A stretch of DNA of 63,014 bases, filler included, from Lenisia limosa (taxonomy: Eukaryota > Protista > Breviatea): the NCBI GenBank assembly GCA_001655205.1. It is 13 parts of 13 records of this genome, joined end to end, with 100 filler letters (N's around TTAATTAATTAA, not from the genome) between each part and the next. Parts side by side here need not be neighbours in the genome. Positions count along the whole stretch, not along the records: positions 36,128 to 37,902 come from LPNZ01009937.1; positions 38,003 to 39,573 come from LPNZ01002296.1; positions 39,674 to 43,331 come from LPNZ01010352.1; positions 43,432 to 47,375 come from LPNZ01002248.1; positions 47,476 to 51,092 come from LPNZ01011209.1; 8 more parts are not named here. One strand, written 5' to 3'. Made by a program: the position numbers and the translations under genes. Below the pieces are notes generated by a model. The model had not been told where the DNA came from and made no database searches. It saw only the letters and a list, made by a program, of their open reading frames with translations. This document shows, in pieces, positions 36,128 to 48,179 of the stretch (positions are counted from its first letter, which is position 1; each line of letters starts with the position of its first letter).

Positions 36128-37165
36128 AGGATCAGCCTACGTCCAACGTCACCCTGCTCTGGAAATGACCAAGTTCTTCCTCATCTTTCTCTCCCTTGAT
36201 GACAGCTTAATAAATGTAGGATAATGCGATGATAGACTGAAAATGACTTGATTGATACATTCATTTTGAATCTTTTAGGAAGTTTCCTCTTTAAGAAGAG
36301 CCTTTTTCCGCATTATCAGTGTGGATGAGTTTGCTCCTGAAGCTGAGGTGGGCAAGGTTGTTGAATCATTTTTCCAGGCACGGGAATGCAGCATATTCGG
36401 ATTTTGTCTCACCCACTTAGTATGTCAACCCTTGTCGATCAGTGATACTTCGCTCTTTCCTTTGTCGCAATTGTCTCCTCTGCAGAAATATCGTAAGCAG
36501 CCCCTGTAGCTATCAACATAATCGAATGCTGAATTGGACTGTAGTATGCAAACTTCTCTGTATCCGTCCCATTTATTATTCTTCTCAGGACCTTTGCCGC
36601 GACCAAAACGTCGTTGATGACGAAAATGGCCACTGGCACTGCCCTGTTTGCCTCACACCCGCAGACGAGCGTGAAGTTGAATTAGTGGGCTTTGGGGGAG
36701 GGGGGGCATGTAAGCATCTCTAAAGGCTGTTGAATACCCAATCCAAGCAATTACAAATACTTCCACTTAGAGTTTGTTTTTACTTTTTAGGAATTGGTGC
36801 GACAAGTACAGAACCTCGTGCTGTCTTATCAGACCCAGGTTTGAAGAATTTCCTTTCAGTAAATCTTGTTTGCATTCTCAAATAATGGAACATAATTTCT
36901 GGATCACTATACAGGACCTGGAGTGCAAGAAGTGCGGAAACGTACAAATGGTGGATGTCCATCCCTTTTGCACCTGTTCAGGCCAATGGGTGACTCGCAT
37001 GTCGGCTGAGGATGTCAGAAAAGACCTGACAATTTATAGCAGAGTTTCCAAACTCTATAACATGGAATATCTTTCGGTAGGTGGGGGCAATGTGATATAT
37101 CAAACTTAGCCATCATCATCTGTCTTCTCACCATTCAGGATGTAGTCGATGCGGCAATGGCGTAG
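36128..37165 (+). CDS. POLE: DNA polymerase epsilon catalytic subunit, C-terminal Zn-finger region (3' fragment)
   Basis: LRRAFFRIISVDEFAPEA; DLCRD..WHCPVC; ELVRQVQNLVLSYQTQDLECKKCGNVQMVDVHPFCTCSGQW..YNMEYLS|DVVDAAMA*. Confidence 0.85.
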
Positions 37166-37411
37166 CTTTCTTTTGTGTATTAGATAGGTTTTCAGTTAAT
37201 GTAATTATTGTACAATGTCGAAATTATGGTTCAGTTGAGGTGTGAGCTGGGGATTGTATACGCTGGTGAACATACCCCCCCATGTTGCTTCATGTTGCTT
37301 CATGTTGCAATGTTGCTTGCTGAGTTGCTGTCAATGGTGAGACAAATCTACAGAAAATCAGATGGTACCATTTCTGGTCTCAGGGAGCCCCCCCCCCCCA
37401 GGTCAGCTCTG

Positions 37412-37875
37412 TCTTGATCCGATTTCAACTTGGAGGACCCGGCGGCGGATCGAGAACACCCCCTGGACCACCCACCTACCAAACGCTGACTTGCTGCCTG
37501 GCCGAGGCTATTTCTACACGAACTGTTGTTGAAAAAGTGACTAAGAAGACAGGCACTTCCTTCAGTGATACCGGTCATCCAATCTCAGGGGCCCTTTCAC
37601 GGGTGTCATCCTGGAATTGAAGTTATATTCAAGTTGTAGCTAAAAATTAGCGAGCTTTAGGACCGTACCTCAAGAGTTGTCACTTTATCCGGACCAACTT
37701 TTGTCACAATGGAAGTTCAGATCCCTCAAGAGAACCCACTTAGGCCTTCCTTCTTCAGAATACGTTGGTTTAGGTTTAATTTTTGTTTACCATAGAGTAT
37801 ACGCTCAATGTTAAAAACTTGCTGAGAGCTGTCCTCAATCTCTTTCAATTCAGTCATCGTATCACACTGTTACAG
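37412..37875 (-). CDS. 3' exons of an unknown gene
   Basis: GT-AG-bounded segments GPDKVTTLE, MTPVKGPLRLDDR, GVFSIRRRVLQVEIGSRQS*; no family recognised. Confidence 0.3.
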
Positions 37876-38149
37876 TCAGTTCTTTTTTTTTTTTTTTTTT
37901 TTNNNNNNNNNNNNNNNNNNNNNNNNNNNNNNNNNNNNNNNNNNNNTTAATTAATTAANNNNNNNNNNNNNNNNNNNNNNNNNNNNNNNNNNNNNNNNNN
38001 NNCAAAGGGGTTTCGTATGTCACGAATACGCCGTCAATCTGGGGAGGTTATATATATAGAGATGAGAAATAAAACAAGGTTGTATACGGCCGAAGCCGTC
38101 TTTAATGCTGTCGAAGTTAAAAATATTGGGTGATGTTCAATACTACTAA

Positions 38150-39460
38150 TACCCCCCTCCCCCACGGAGAGCGTAGGTACCCGGAGGCCCTGGTCAATAG
38201 TAACGACAACTTCGTGGCCTTTGGAGGCGGCTCGGATGCCAGAGATCAGAACTGAAATGTCATGAAATTGCTGAGAAGAAAAGATTATACTGATAGTTGG
38301 AAATTGTTGAGTGAAAGATGACATGAGATTTGGAAGTTGCTGAGAAGGAAAGAAGATTAGAAAGATTATACTCTAAATCATGGCTGAAATTGACAAGGTA
38401 TCTAACAAGAGATAAGAGAAATTTATGAAAATTGACTAGCTTGTCTAAAAATGCAATATTTATATCAGAACTGTGATTGTGATAGAAATTGATGTGAGGG
38501 AAAGACCGGAAAGATTATACTGATATTTGGAAATGGTTAATCATGACTAAAATAGAGATGTTACCTTGTTCCATTACATAGAATACACTTCACACCTCCC
38601 ACCAGTCTTGCCCTGGGATTTGGGATCGGTGATGATGTTGATGGTTTCACCACCGTTATTGGAAAACACGGGTCGGACCAAGCCAAACTCGCCAAGTCCT
38701 GAGGGATTAAAAGAGGAGATCAACCTGATTGCAGATACAAGGAGAAATCTGAGGCATATATTAGTATTACCAAATAATATTTACTCAACAAAAAAAAACA
38801 AACAAAATTGCCCGAGGACGAGGTGTCCGGGAGAAAAGAGTTGACCACCAATAGCAAAGGCTCTTCTCACAAGCGCCATTCCCCACATAAGACACCTGGC
38901 AAAACAGGGGTTCATTATTGGAGAACAAGAAAATACTAATAATGAAATCTAGGGGTCAACTAAGGACCCTTACCACCCACCCTGGACCGGCGCTACTACT
39001 CCGTCGAAGGTCGAGACAAATCCATTGGCGACAAAACACGCGCGTTGCGTGGCTGTGGCGTAAAATGGTGTGATAGTACTGATATTACGTGGAATGGTGT
39101 GGGTGATAAAAGTCATATGTATATCATATAGTGAAATGGAGTGGGTGACAGTGAAATTAATTCTGAAGGAAGCTCAACTAACAGGGGTTCACTTCGGTAC
39201 GAAAATGGAGAATTTTTCGGTAAATCCCTGAAAAATATTGTTGTATCGACTTACTAATCCCAGAACCCACGATCAACTGATAAATCTATCAAAACAACCA
39301 TCAATGAAATACTGGCAAATCTCACCCCACCATCAATGAGGTCGAGCGCTAAGCCTCGGAAGTCCTCCAGACATTCCTCCTTAGTATCGTAGCGGTTTAG
39401 TGCGGCCATGGGGGCGCTCATCGTAAGGGACAGGGCGGCTGTACTGCCAGCTGAAAGTAT
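38150..39460 (-). CDS. Internal exons of an unknown gene
   Basis: AGSTAALSLTMSAPMAALNRYDTKEECLEDFRGLALDLID; TQRACFVANGFVSTFDGVVAPVQ; GLGEFGLVRPVFSNNGGETINIITDPK; clear splice sites. Confidence 0.45.
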
Positions 39461-39679
39461 GACGTTGGGAGTTCGACTTATCCCGGTCACTGTACCTATC
39501 ATATGTGTGGTTCGATAGGTTACCTATCATATCTTGACCGATGGATAAAAAAAATAAGGATGTATCTGGCCGANNNNNNNNNNNNNNNNNNNNNNNNNNN
39601 NNNNNNNNNNNNNNNNNTTAATTAATTAANNNNNNNNNNNNNNNNNNNNNNNNNNNNNNNNNNNNNNNNNNNNATATAC

Positions 39680-40790
39680 TTTTTGGTTGACCTTTGCGTG
39701 ATAATGTGAATCAGCAACCTGAAGGACACATTTTGAAAACTACAAACAAAAAGGACTGTACTGAAGGACGGCTCAATGATAAAAATAATTCCATAGAGGA
39801 GAAATATAGCCGCGCAAACCTAAATTGTCAAGAAAGGGAAAAGGCAATGTATCAACAAACCTCAAGTGTGGCATGGATTCTAGCTCCGTCACCAATCATC
39901 ACCAGAGCATCAGAGCACGAAGATCGCTTATTTCTGCAAACAGCTTCCAAACATCTCAAAAAGGCTTCAGTGGAGAAGTATGCACTTGCGACAGGTTTCT
40001 TCAGCCTCAAACTTTGCTTCTTTTCCCATGGACTTTCTTCCTCTCTTTTCTCCATAAAAGACGAAATCATCTTTGCATCCTTTTACATATCGGTGGTGGA
40101 CAAAGCGGGCCAAACTTCCCTCAAATGAAGATCGGGGGATTTTTACAGAGAAAGAACTGTCGCAATCTTGATGTAGGAAGGTTGAGAATGTAGGGCGATC
40201 TCCAACATCTTCCCAGCCAGCATAGGCCTCAACAGCTTTCTTCAAGTAGATATTTTTTTCTCTTGATGAGAGGAACGGCTCTCCTGATTCGCATTCAACA
40301 CCATTCCAAGCATCTTCAAGGAGAGGGAGGGTGACGGGGAAGTGGTTTGGCGCTGGCTTTCGACCACGATTAGACATTAACCTCACTGCGATTAAGAGAG
40401 GTTAGTGTTTACTATCATGTGAGGATTGCTATTTTTATGAAATTTAAACCATTGAAGGTGGAGCGAAAGCTTTAGCACAAAGCAAAGCAGCCAAGGCAAA
40501 ACGCCAAGCTGAAAAGGCCGCGGAGCATGCAGGCAAGAGGAAGAAGCCATAGGCATTAGGCTACTACCAATTCCTAAAAGTCAAAAGATAAGAGAAGAGG
40601 AAACCTTACCTTGAAAGTTCGGAAAACAGTTTTCCAAAGATGGTTGAATAAGACGTCTTTATGTCGCAAACAGGAAACTCTTGTCTTAAAAATACAAACT
40701 ACATTGTTTTATCTTGCTTAACTCAGAAAAAGGGCGTTCGAAAATTTGAATTTCTGGGAAAAGGGAAAATTCGCGTCTACATGGCGCCAT
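39680..40790 (-). pseudogene. Decayed pogo/Tigger-like (DDE_1) transposase, with a 41-nt GT-AG intron
   Basis: VASAYFSTEAFLRCLEAV..ALVIGDGARIHATLE|VCAAIFLLYGIIFIIEPSFST..VLQVAD resembles SGWMTSELF..LILDGHSSH..LPPHTTHLLQPLD; frameshifts present. Confidence 0.55.
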
Positions 40791-41211
40791 TTTTTAAAAA
40801 ATTGAAGATTCCCTGTTGAGCCCCTTTCTCTGTCCCCGTCGCTAATTAAGCAGGTAATAGTGTTGTTATTTTGATATTAAAAGAGGAAATTCAAAAAAAC
40901 CGCTTTTTTTAAAAGATCATTCCCTCGATCACTTGCTGATCTCGTCAAAAAATCGATTTTTCAAAAAGTTGTTTTCCCTTCTTTTTTCTTGTTATAACCA
41001 TTCCCCAGAAACATTTAAAGTGTTTTTGAGAGTTTTTCGGTATAAGTAGTGCTCTCTTGGAACATACTGAATTAATGACTTAATTTAGGACCTTGAGCAT
41101 ATGATATATATATATATCATTACATGTATTATTTTTTATAATTATTGAACACAGAAAGGAAACGAAATAGTTTTGAAAGACAAATGTTTGAAGTGAATAA
41201 CCCCCCCCCAG

Positions 41212-43331
41212 GAACTTGACACTATGCTCATGAAGGTGGAAATCTCATATGGCCGTCACGGCTACAATGTGTTCTACCAAATCCAAGTGGGTGGGGGAAT
41301 GATGATTCATTTAGGTTGTTTCCTATCTCTTTAAATGGGGGTCATTAATCTCTTTTGCTTACCCTCTTCTTTCATTCTCTCTTAGCTATCCTGTTATTGC
41401 CTTATCTCTTTAGCTCATCCACAATCCCGTCCGTGATACCTACTCCCTCTTCACCAGATGGGGTAACGTTGGTATGTGGGATCCCTTATTTTTATAACAG
41501 GGGGGAGGGGGTCATGTGATCGTCTTTTTGGCCCTAACTACAACAACGCCTCATCACTTTCAACTTTGAAAAGTACTTATCTTTTATCACGGAGTGATGG
41601 GATGCGGTGTCGCAGAAGCGACTGGCCTGGGCTATGTGTTATTGTTACGAACCTTCTTGTGTTGTCAACCAACAGAGTTGATTTTGGGCTTTTTTGTTGA
41701 ATAAATTTTCCAATTTTACTCGCCACAGGCAGCACTGGCGCTTTCCAGAACACCCCCTGTAACACCCTGGAGGAGGTGGGGTGAAGGATCATATGATAGA
41801 TATTCATTGTTGTTGTTATTACTGTTGTTGTTGTTGTAATTATTATTTTTGTTGTTGTTGTTGTTGTTATTTCCTTTTTTTTAATCTGCGTTAGGGAAAG
41901 AAGGAATTCACCAAGCTGTTCAAGTCTAAGACCAAGAATGAATGGTCAGCTGCGATAACGAATCACTATTATTTATCCAGCGTGGTGGTGATGGTGTGGA
42001 CGGCTTCGGTCAGATACTCCCCCAGTATTATTTCGCATTATTTTTTTTATAATGATTGTTTTTTTTTGTTTTTGTTTTCAGTGTTTCTTAAATTTGTTGT
42101 TTGTAGTTCTTATCTTATCTGACACAACACAGGAAGAACCGTGACAACTTCGTGCAATACCCGGGTGAGCCTGGGGGGGGGGGGNNNNNNNNNNNNNNNN
42201 NNNNNNNNNNNNNNNNNNNNNNNNNNNNNNNNNNNNNNNNNNNNNNNNNNNNNNNNNNNNNNNNNNNNNNNNNNNNNNNNNNNNNNNNNNNNNNNNNNNN
42301 NNNNNNNNNNNNGGTTGAATTGTGAGGCTGTTACTCTGCCACTTACCAGATTAGGCATTTTGCTCGGCCACTTACCATATTAGGCAAGAACACCATGATG
42401 AAGACAGTCAACATGGAGGACCACGCCGCCCTCACTCTCCTCAACCAGCCCTTCACCTCCGTTTGCTGCTTTTCTTTTGGAAATTGTAGAACAACCCACC
42501 AAATAAGGCCAATTAATATAACCTACCAAAAAAGGAAAGTCACCCTCTAGAAAATCATTGAGAAGTCAGCCGTTCCCAAGGACATCAGCAAGTTTATGGC
42601 CAACATTGTCAACACTGCCAACCTCTCCAAGGCTGCCAGCTCAAAATGTGGGGTATTTATGTTTTTATTTTAATATTATATGGGGGTTTCATAAATTTTC
42701 CAATTTTTTTCTCCCCTCACCTTGCAGCCAACTCCATGCCCCTCGGAACCATTACTCCCGAACAAATTGCTGAAGCGTGGGGGAGGGGGGTGTTATATTC
42801 AATATATATTTGTGATGGTTTGATATTCTAAGTGCACACCTGTGTTGATAATCAACTGTCTGCTTCTAAAACTATTTTTAGGCACACGTATTGAATTACA
42901 ATTGTTGTAACTATTTTTAGTCGTGAAATCCTTGACGAAATCACTGAATTCGCTGATAAGAATGACTTCTCCAAGAATGATGCTGTGGGAGGGGGGGCAT
43001 CCTTAGATGTACCAACGTATTTCGATCAATCACCTTTCCATCTTCATGCAGTGCTGCAGAATCGACTGGCCTGGGCTTTTATTTGTTTTGTTTCTCAACC
43101 CAGAATTGATTCTGGGCTTTTTGCGTCATAAATTATCCAATTTTCTCCCCATTTTGCATAACAAAACAGAGCGTACTCTCTTAATTCTATTATTTTTTTT
43201 ATTTTTTTTTTTATTTTTATTTTTTTTTGTTGTTGTTGTTTTTGAAGAACCGATTTTTCAATGCTCACAATTCAGGCTTCCAAGAAGGCCACGTCCGATA
43301 CTCTCACTAAGCTCAGCAACAGATTCTGGAC
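41212..43331 (+). CDS. PARP-family protein: WGR domain plus PARP regulatory domain (partial)
   Basis: YNVFYQIQ|LIHNPVRDTYSLFTRWG; GKKEFTKLFKSKTKNEW; MPLGTITPEQIAEA; TKLSNRFWT. Catalytic domain lost at the linker. Confidence 0.85.
41591..41728 (+). repeat. Intronic repeat family D, ends at 3' splice site
   Basis: gcagaagcgactggcctgggct...caacagagttgattttgggcttttttgttgaataaattttccaattttactcgccacAG followed by a PARP exon. Confidence 0.8.
43050..43152 (+). repeat. Intronic repeat family D copy
   Basis: gtgctgcagaatcgactggcctgggctttt...gaattgattctgggctttttgcgtcataaattatccaattttctcccc. Confidence 0.75.
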
Positions 43332-43522
43332 NNNNNNNNNNNNNNNNNNNNNNNNNNNNNNNNNNNNNNNNNNNNTTAATTAATTAANNNNNNNNNNNNN
43401 NNNNNNNNNNNNNNNNNNNNNNNNNNNNNNNAGGGGGTGGCAGTGGTTAACAGAATCAAAAATAAATGTGGTATTTTATGAAAAAATTGTAGAATATAAG
43501 GTTTGCAGACGTTTTTTTAAAG

Positions 43523-46500
43523 AGCCACCACAGTTTGTACTACTTCCTGATGGGGACGATATTCTTTATTAACCCACCATAAGCAGGTCAAGACTTATCC
43601 CGGTTATTTACCTCTCAGTACTACTTCCTGATGGGCACCGTAAATGCAGATGAGGACGCAGCGGAGTACTATGTTGACCGGGCCAGTTTCCACTTAAAGC
43701 TCATGGCAATTGTGGGGAGGAATAGATGGAAGACGCATAAGATATTTAATTATATATTTTTATCATACTTATAGCTACATTATATTTTATGTGTGTATGT
43801 GGGGAGGGGGTTATGATATGCATAATGTAGGTATAGAATGTGAATGTATGTTAATGAATGAATGTATTGGGGGGTGTGGGAGAGTGTTTGATGCTGATAG
43901 TTTCCACTTAAAGGCGCTTATAAGGTGCATTTCCAGTATTTTTCGAGAAATTCAGTCTTTTTTCGAACCGAAATGAAACCCCTCCCCTCTCACCCCCCAG
44001 AACCGGCTTAAGGAAAATCAACTTTTGGCTCTGAACAGCCCCGATGGTGACTGGATACGCGAACGTGCTCTTGATAAAGGTGTGCTACGGGTGTTTTGTG
44101 TATATATGATTAGGGCTTCCCTACGGTCCGAAAACGACAGTTAAAATATCGATAGTTTTCGAGGATTTACCGGGAAGTTCATTCTTTTTTCGAACCGAAG
44201 TGAAGCCATATGTTGCTGTTTTGTAAGAGAAAGAGAGTGGGTAAAAATTGCCGTCCTATCACGACCTTGTAGATCTCCTCTATGAAGTTCATCGCGCCGT
44301 CCCCTTCAAAGCTCAGTTAAAGTCCAGGTTGGCAAGAGGGTAAATCAGTAATATATCAATATTGTATTTTCCAAGGGGCGTGGGCGCGGAAGTCTAGTAA
44401 AGATTTGTATATATCGATATGTCATATGTCATATGTATATTGTGGCTTCCTACAAAGAAAAAAATAATCTTTGAAAAATATCTGAAATATGTCATTTTAT
44501 TTTTCTTACTCTGATATATTATTGCTCTTGTCTAATTGTTTCCTTCTAATGTGCCTTCGCAGTGTTGCACATGAAGTACGTTTCAAACGCTACTCCATCA
44601 TGGACCTTCCTAGATGCTCGTTCGTTCCCTTCGGCTCCACCATGCCCCCTCTTGACAGTGGGGTGTATGCAACAAACCTTGCTCAAACCCTTTCTCAAAA
44701 CCATGCTCAGAACCATGCCTAGAGCCTTGCATAAACCTTTTTATGATGGTTTCCATGCCCCCTTTGAAGGGGGCTATTATGATGGTTTATTAACAGGGCT
44801 TCACTACGGGCCGAGAAAGGCTGTCATATATAGATATTTATGGAAGTTGTATCAGGAAATTCAGTCTTTTTTGGGACCGTGGGGAAGCCCTGATCACCCC
44901 TCCTCTAAGCCAATATTCTTCATCGAAAAATTCCTTCGTTTATCACACCTCCCTCCCCCTGCTTGTTATTATTTATTTTTTTTGGAGTTTCAGATTATTC
45001 GGTTCTAGTTGAGTACCTTCTTTACGCCAATAATCTTCATCGTAATTTCCTTCGTTTACCACAACTCTCACGCTGCTTGTTTTTGTTTTTGTGTGTCTGT
45101 GTTTTTTGTTTGGTGTTTCAGATTACTCTGTTTGTGATTAGTTCCTTTTCGCTTGCATGAAATTTCCTTAGTTTATCACGTTTATCACCCCTTCCCGCAG
45201 CACTCCAATCCCTCCTCCCCCAAGCCGACCGCTTTTACCATTTTGACGAAAGTGTCAAGGCCCTCCCACGCAAAGGGCTTGAACCTGGTCTTTTGTCCGT
45301 GTTCTTTGACAGTCTATCTGTATGGGGGGAATCTTTAGGAAACAAAACAAAGCCCAAAACCAACTCTGTTAGCTAGCTACATACGAAGGTTAAAAACAAC
45401 GAAACAAATAAGGTTATTTGTTTTCTATGATGGATGGTAGTGGGGGTTCTGTGATGGTCTAGCTGTACAGGGGGGAGGGTAATCTTTACGCTAATATTCT
45501 TCACTGAAATATCTTTCGCTGGAGTGAAGCGACTGGCCTAGGCTTTGTTGACCCTCGTGTATTGTCATCCAACAGAGTTGATTTTGGGCTTTTTTTTTTT
45601 TGTTGTTGTTTGTTTCATTAAGTTTCCAAATTTCATCGAAATGTCCATCGTTTTACTCTCCAACCCCCAGGAAGCAGTAGAGGTCTGGCAAACAGACAAA
45701 ACGGCACACAACAAAACGCCAGCCCCCATTCGCACGCCCTCGCCCTTCAATTACTCCGATGCCTTCCCCAAAATATCATCCCCAAAAACTCCAGCATCAG
45801 CTGATGACCTTCCGCCATATCAGATCCCTTCCCACTGCAAAAAACCTCCAGTCTCCCCGTTTCCGCTATCTCTACAAGGACCCACCATTCTCGAGCATCT
45901 CGAGAGAAGTCCGGTTACCGATGGGCTGGCTAGTCGCCTTGAAAACGTCTGTCTTGACAATGACATTCCAAAAGAGAAAGAGTTGCCTAATGTTGAAGAG
46001 AAAAGCCCCAAAGAGGAAAGTCCCAAAGAAGAAAGTCCAAAAGAGGAAAATCCAAAAGAGGAAAGTCCAAAAGAGGAAAGTCCCGAAGAACCCAGCTCCG
46101 AAGATGACATTTCTGTTAGTTCTTACGAGGACTCACCTCCACGACCTTCCAAATTAGGGTTGGAATCTCCGATTCTGGGCTCGATTATTTCTTCTTTCGG
46201 TGACTCTCCGCCTCCTTTGAAGTCCATGAGTCCGGAAATGATTCCCCAAAAGGCAGTTACCGAAAAGAACTTTCCTAAAAAGGAAAGTCCCAAAATTACG
46301 CCGGCGCCATCCCCGGGTTTACCTCAAGGTTGGTGATGGGCTATTTTATTTTGTTTGAAATCATTCCTGCTTTTCATTTGTCTTTTTTTTTTTATTTCAT
46401 TATCATATGATTTCTAATAGTAGTTCCGCATTTTCTTGATGAATGAGTCTAAAATTTTACAATTGTTTTAGTTTAAATATGGAGACAAATTTGATGAGAA

Positions 46501-47290
46501 TGATGATTCTCATTTGAACCGTTTTAATACATACAATTGTCAGAATATCTTTTTATTACAGAAATACCCACCATAGAATAGCTGAACCATAGCAACCCCA
46601 CAACATTGAGCTCACCATTTCCCCAGTCCCGCAACTCGGATTAGTCATGACTCCGCACACCACCGTAGCAGGCTTCGACGTAGTTGAAAACCAGGACCTT
46701 ATAATGGAAGTGGAGGCCCCCGGGGAGGCACCCCTGAGTCAGGATGTTGACTATGGTGTGGAACCTAGTGATCTGATTGGCTCGGATGATGATGACGTGG
46801 CGTCACTGGCCTCTTCANNNNNNNNNNNNNNNNNNNNNNNNNNNNNNNNNNNNNNNNNNNNNNNNNNNNNNNNNNNNNNNNNNNNNNNNNNNNNNNNNNN
46901 NNNNNNNNNNNNNNNNNNNNNNNNNNNNNNNNNNNNNNNNNNNNNNNNNNNNGTCCGAAAAAGACCGGTGAAATATCGATATTTATCGATCATTTATCGA
47001 GAAATCCAGTCTTTTTTGGGACCGTCGGGAATCCCTAATAATTAGATTAGGTTAAGAGAGTGGAAGTAGAATATTTATGAGGGGAGTTTTTGTCATTTTG
47101 TCATTTCCATTTCTTCTCCCCTCCCCCCCTTCAATTTATTTACCCAAAGTTACATCACCTAGGTCTGCAGACTTCGTGGACTTGAAATCTGACCTTGACC
47201 TGTCTCCGGCTCTGTCCTCAATTACGTCGTCACTGCGTAACACTCCGTCGTCTTTCGTGTTGTCCATGGAGGATGTTCGTCCGCCTTCGC
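43523..47290 (+). CDS. Unknown multi-exon gene(s) with large acidic/Pro-Ser low-complexity exon containing (K/P)EESP x6
   Basis: Exons YYFLMGTVNADEDAAEYYVDRASFHLKLMAI, NRLKENQLLALNSPDGDWIRERALDK, DLLYEVHRAVPFKAQLKS; long exon from 45671; may be more than one gene. Confidence 0.5.
44111..44210. mobile_element. hAT-type MITE family A copy
   Basis: TAGGGCTTCCCTACGGTCCG...TTCGAACCGAAGTGAAGCCATA. Confidence 0.75.
44794..44892. mobile_element. hAT-type MITE family A copy (CAGGG ends)
   Basis: CAGGGCTTCACTACGGG...GGGACCGTGGGGAAGCCCTG. Confidence 0.75.
44900..45190 (+). repeat. Three consecutive family E copies
   Basis: gccaatattcttcatcgaaaaattccttcgttt; ttggagtttcagattattcggtt..aatttccttcgttt; ttggtgtttcagattactctgtttgtgatt..aaatttccttagttt. 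Confidence 0.7.
45520..45670 (+). repeat. Family D/E hybrid ending at 3' splice site
   Basis: ggagtgaagcgactggcctaggc...cagagttgattttgggc...ttcatcgaaatgtccatcgttttactctccaacccccAG. Confidence 0.75.
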
Positions 47291-47499
47291 CGCTCAATTA
47301 CTGTGGGGCCATCACCAACGCACACACACACACACACACACATACATACATGGATGCACATATTCAAACATACATNNNNNNNNNNNNNNNNNNNNNNNNN
47401 NNNNNNNNNNNNNNNNNNNTTAATTAATTAANNNNNNNNNNNNNNNNNNNNNNNNNNNNNNNNNNNNNNNNNNNNGTGCAGTTTTCGGGAAATTTAGAC

Positions 47500-48057
47500 C
47501 TCAAAGAGGCGAGTAAATCGGCTTGGTGACCCTAAAACTGAGGATTTCTACCTCCTTACCACGCTGTAGGAGGGAGTCGCTGAGAAAGCAGGATCGCGCC
47601 GTCAAGGAAAAGACCCAGAAGGCCCTGTTGGAGGAAGGCTCGCATCTTGTTCGAATGGTGTGGGGGAGGGGAGGGGTGCTGATGGAATGTTTATGTGGAG
47701 CTATGACAAAAATAGCAATATAGCATTATCACTCTCAATATGAAAGCAGGCCACTAAACCAGAATGAAACCTTTTAGTGGAAAGGTTTTCACATGGATTT
47801 GGGGATTGGAGGGAATAAAATTGTAGCAAATTTTGAGGCTTGTTTAAGCATAGCTTGCGCAGTGGCTCTGTAAATATTACATAATGAGTTTGGTTTGGAG
47901 ATTTGCTTTAATGATGACATAATAATAATCCCGTCCCCTATCACCTTTTTTTTAGGAAAGAGCAAAAGAAGCTTCGCAAGCCCGAAAGTCCGCAGAGATC
48001 GCGGAGGAAACTACGAAGGAAGAAGCAATGGAGGAGGAAGATGAGGGAAATAACTGA
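47500..48057 (+). CDS. 3' end of an unknown gene (charged, helical C-terminus)
   Basis: DLKEASKSAW|RESLRKQDRAVKEKTQKALLEEGSHLVRM|ERAKEASQARK..EEEDEGNN*; phases are consistent. Confidence 0.55.
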
Positions 48058-48179
48058 GAGTTGAAGTTTTAGTTGTAAAGTATGATGTACATTTAGCACC
48101 AAAGAACAATTTTTCAAATCTGAGTTTCGATATGCAAAGAGGAGTAAGTTTTCCTCTTCTTTGTTTTTTATTCAGAAGG

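Noticed and set aside
41193-41211. Possible 19-nt intron at the PARP 5' end
   Set aside because: The acceptor could belong to a longer intron and no conserved motif constrains it, unlike the 24-nt RING case.
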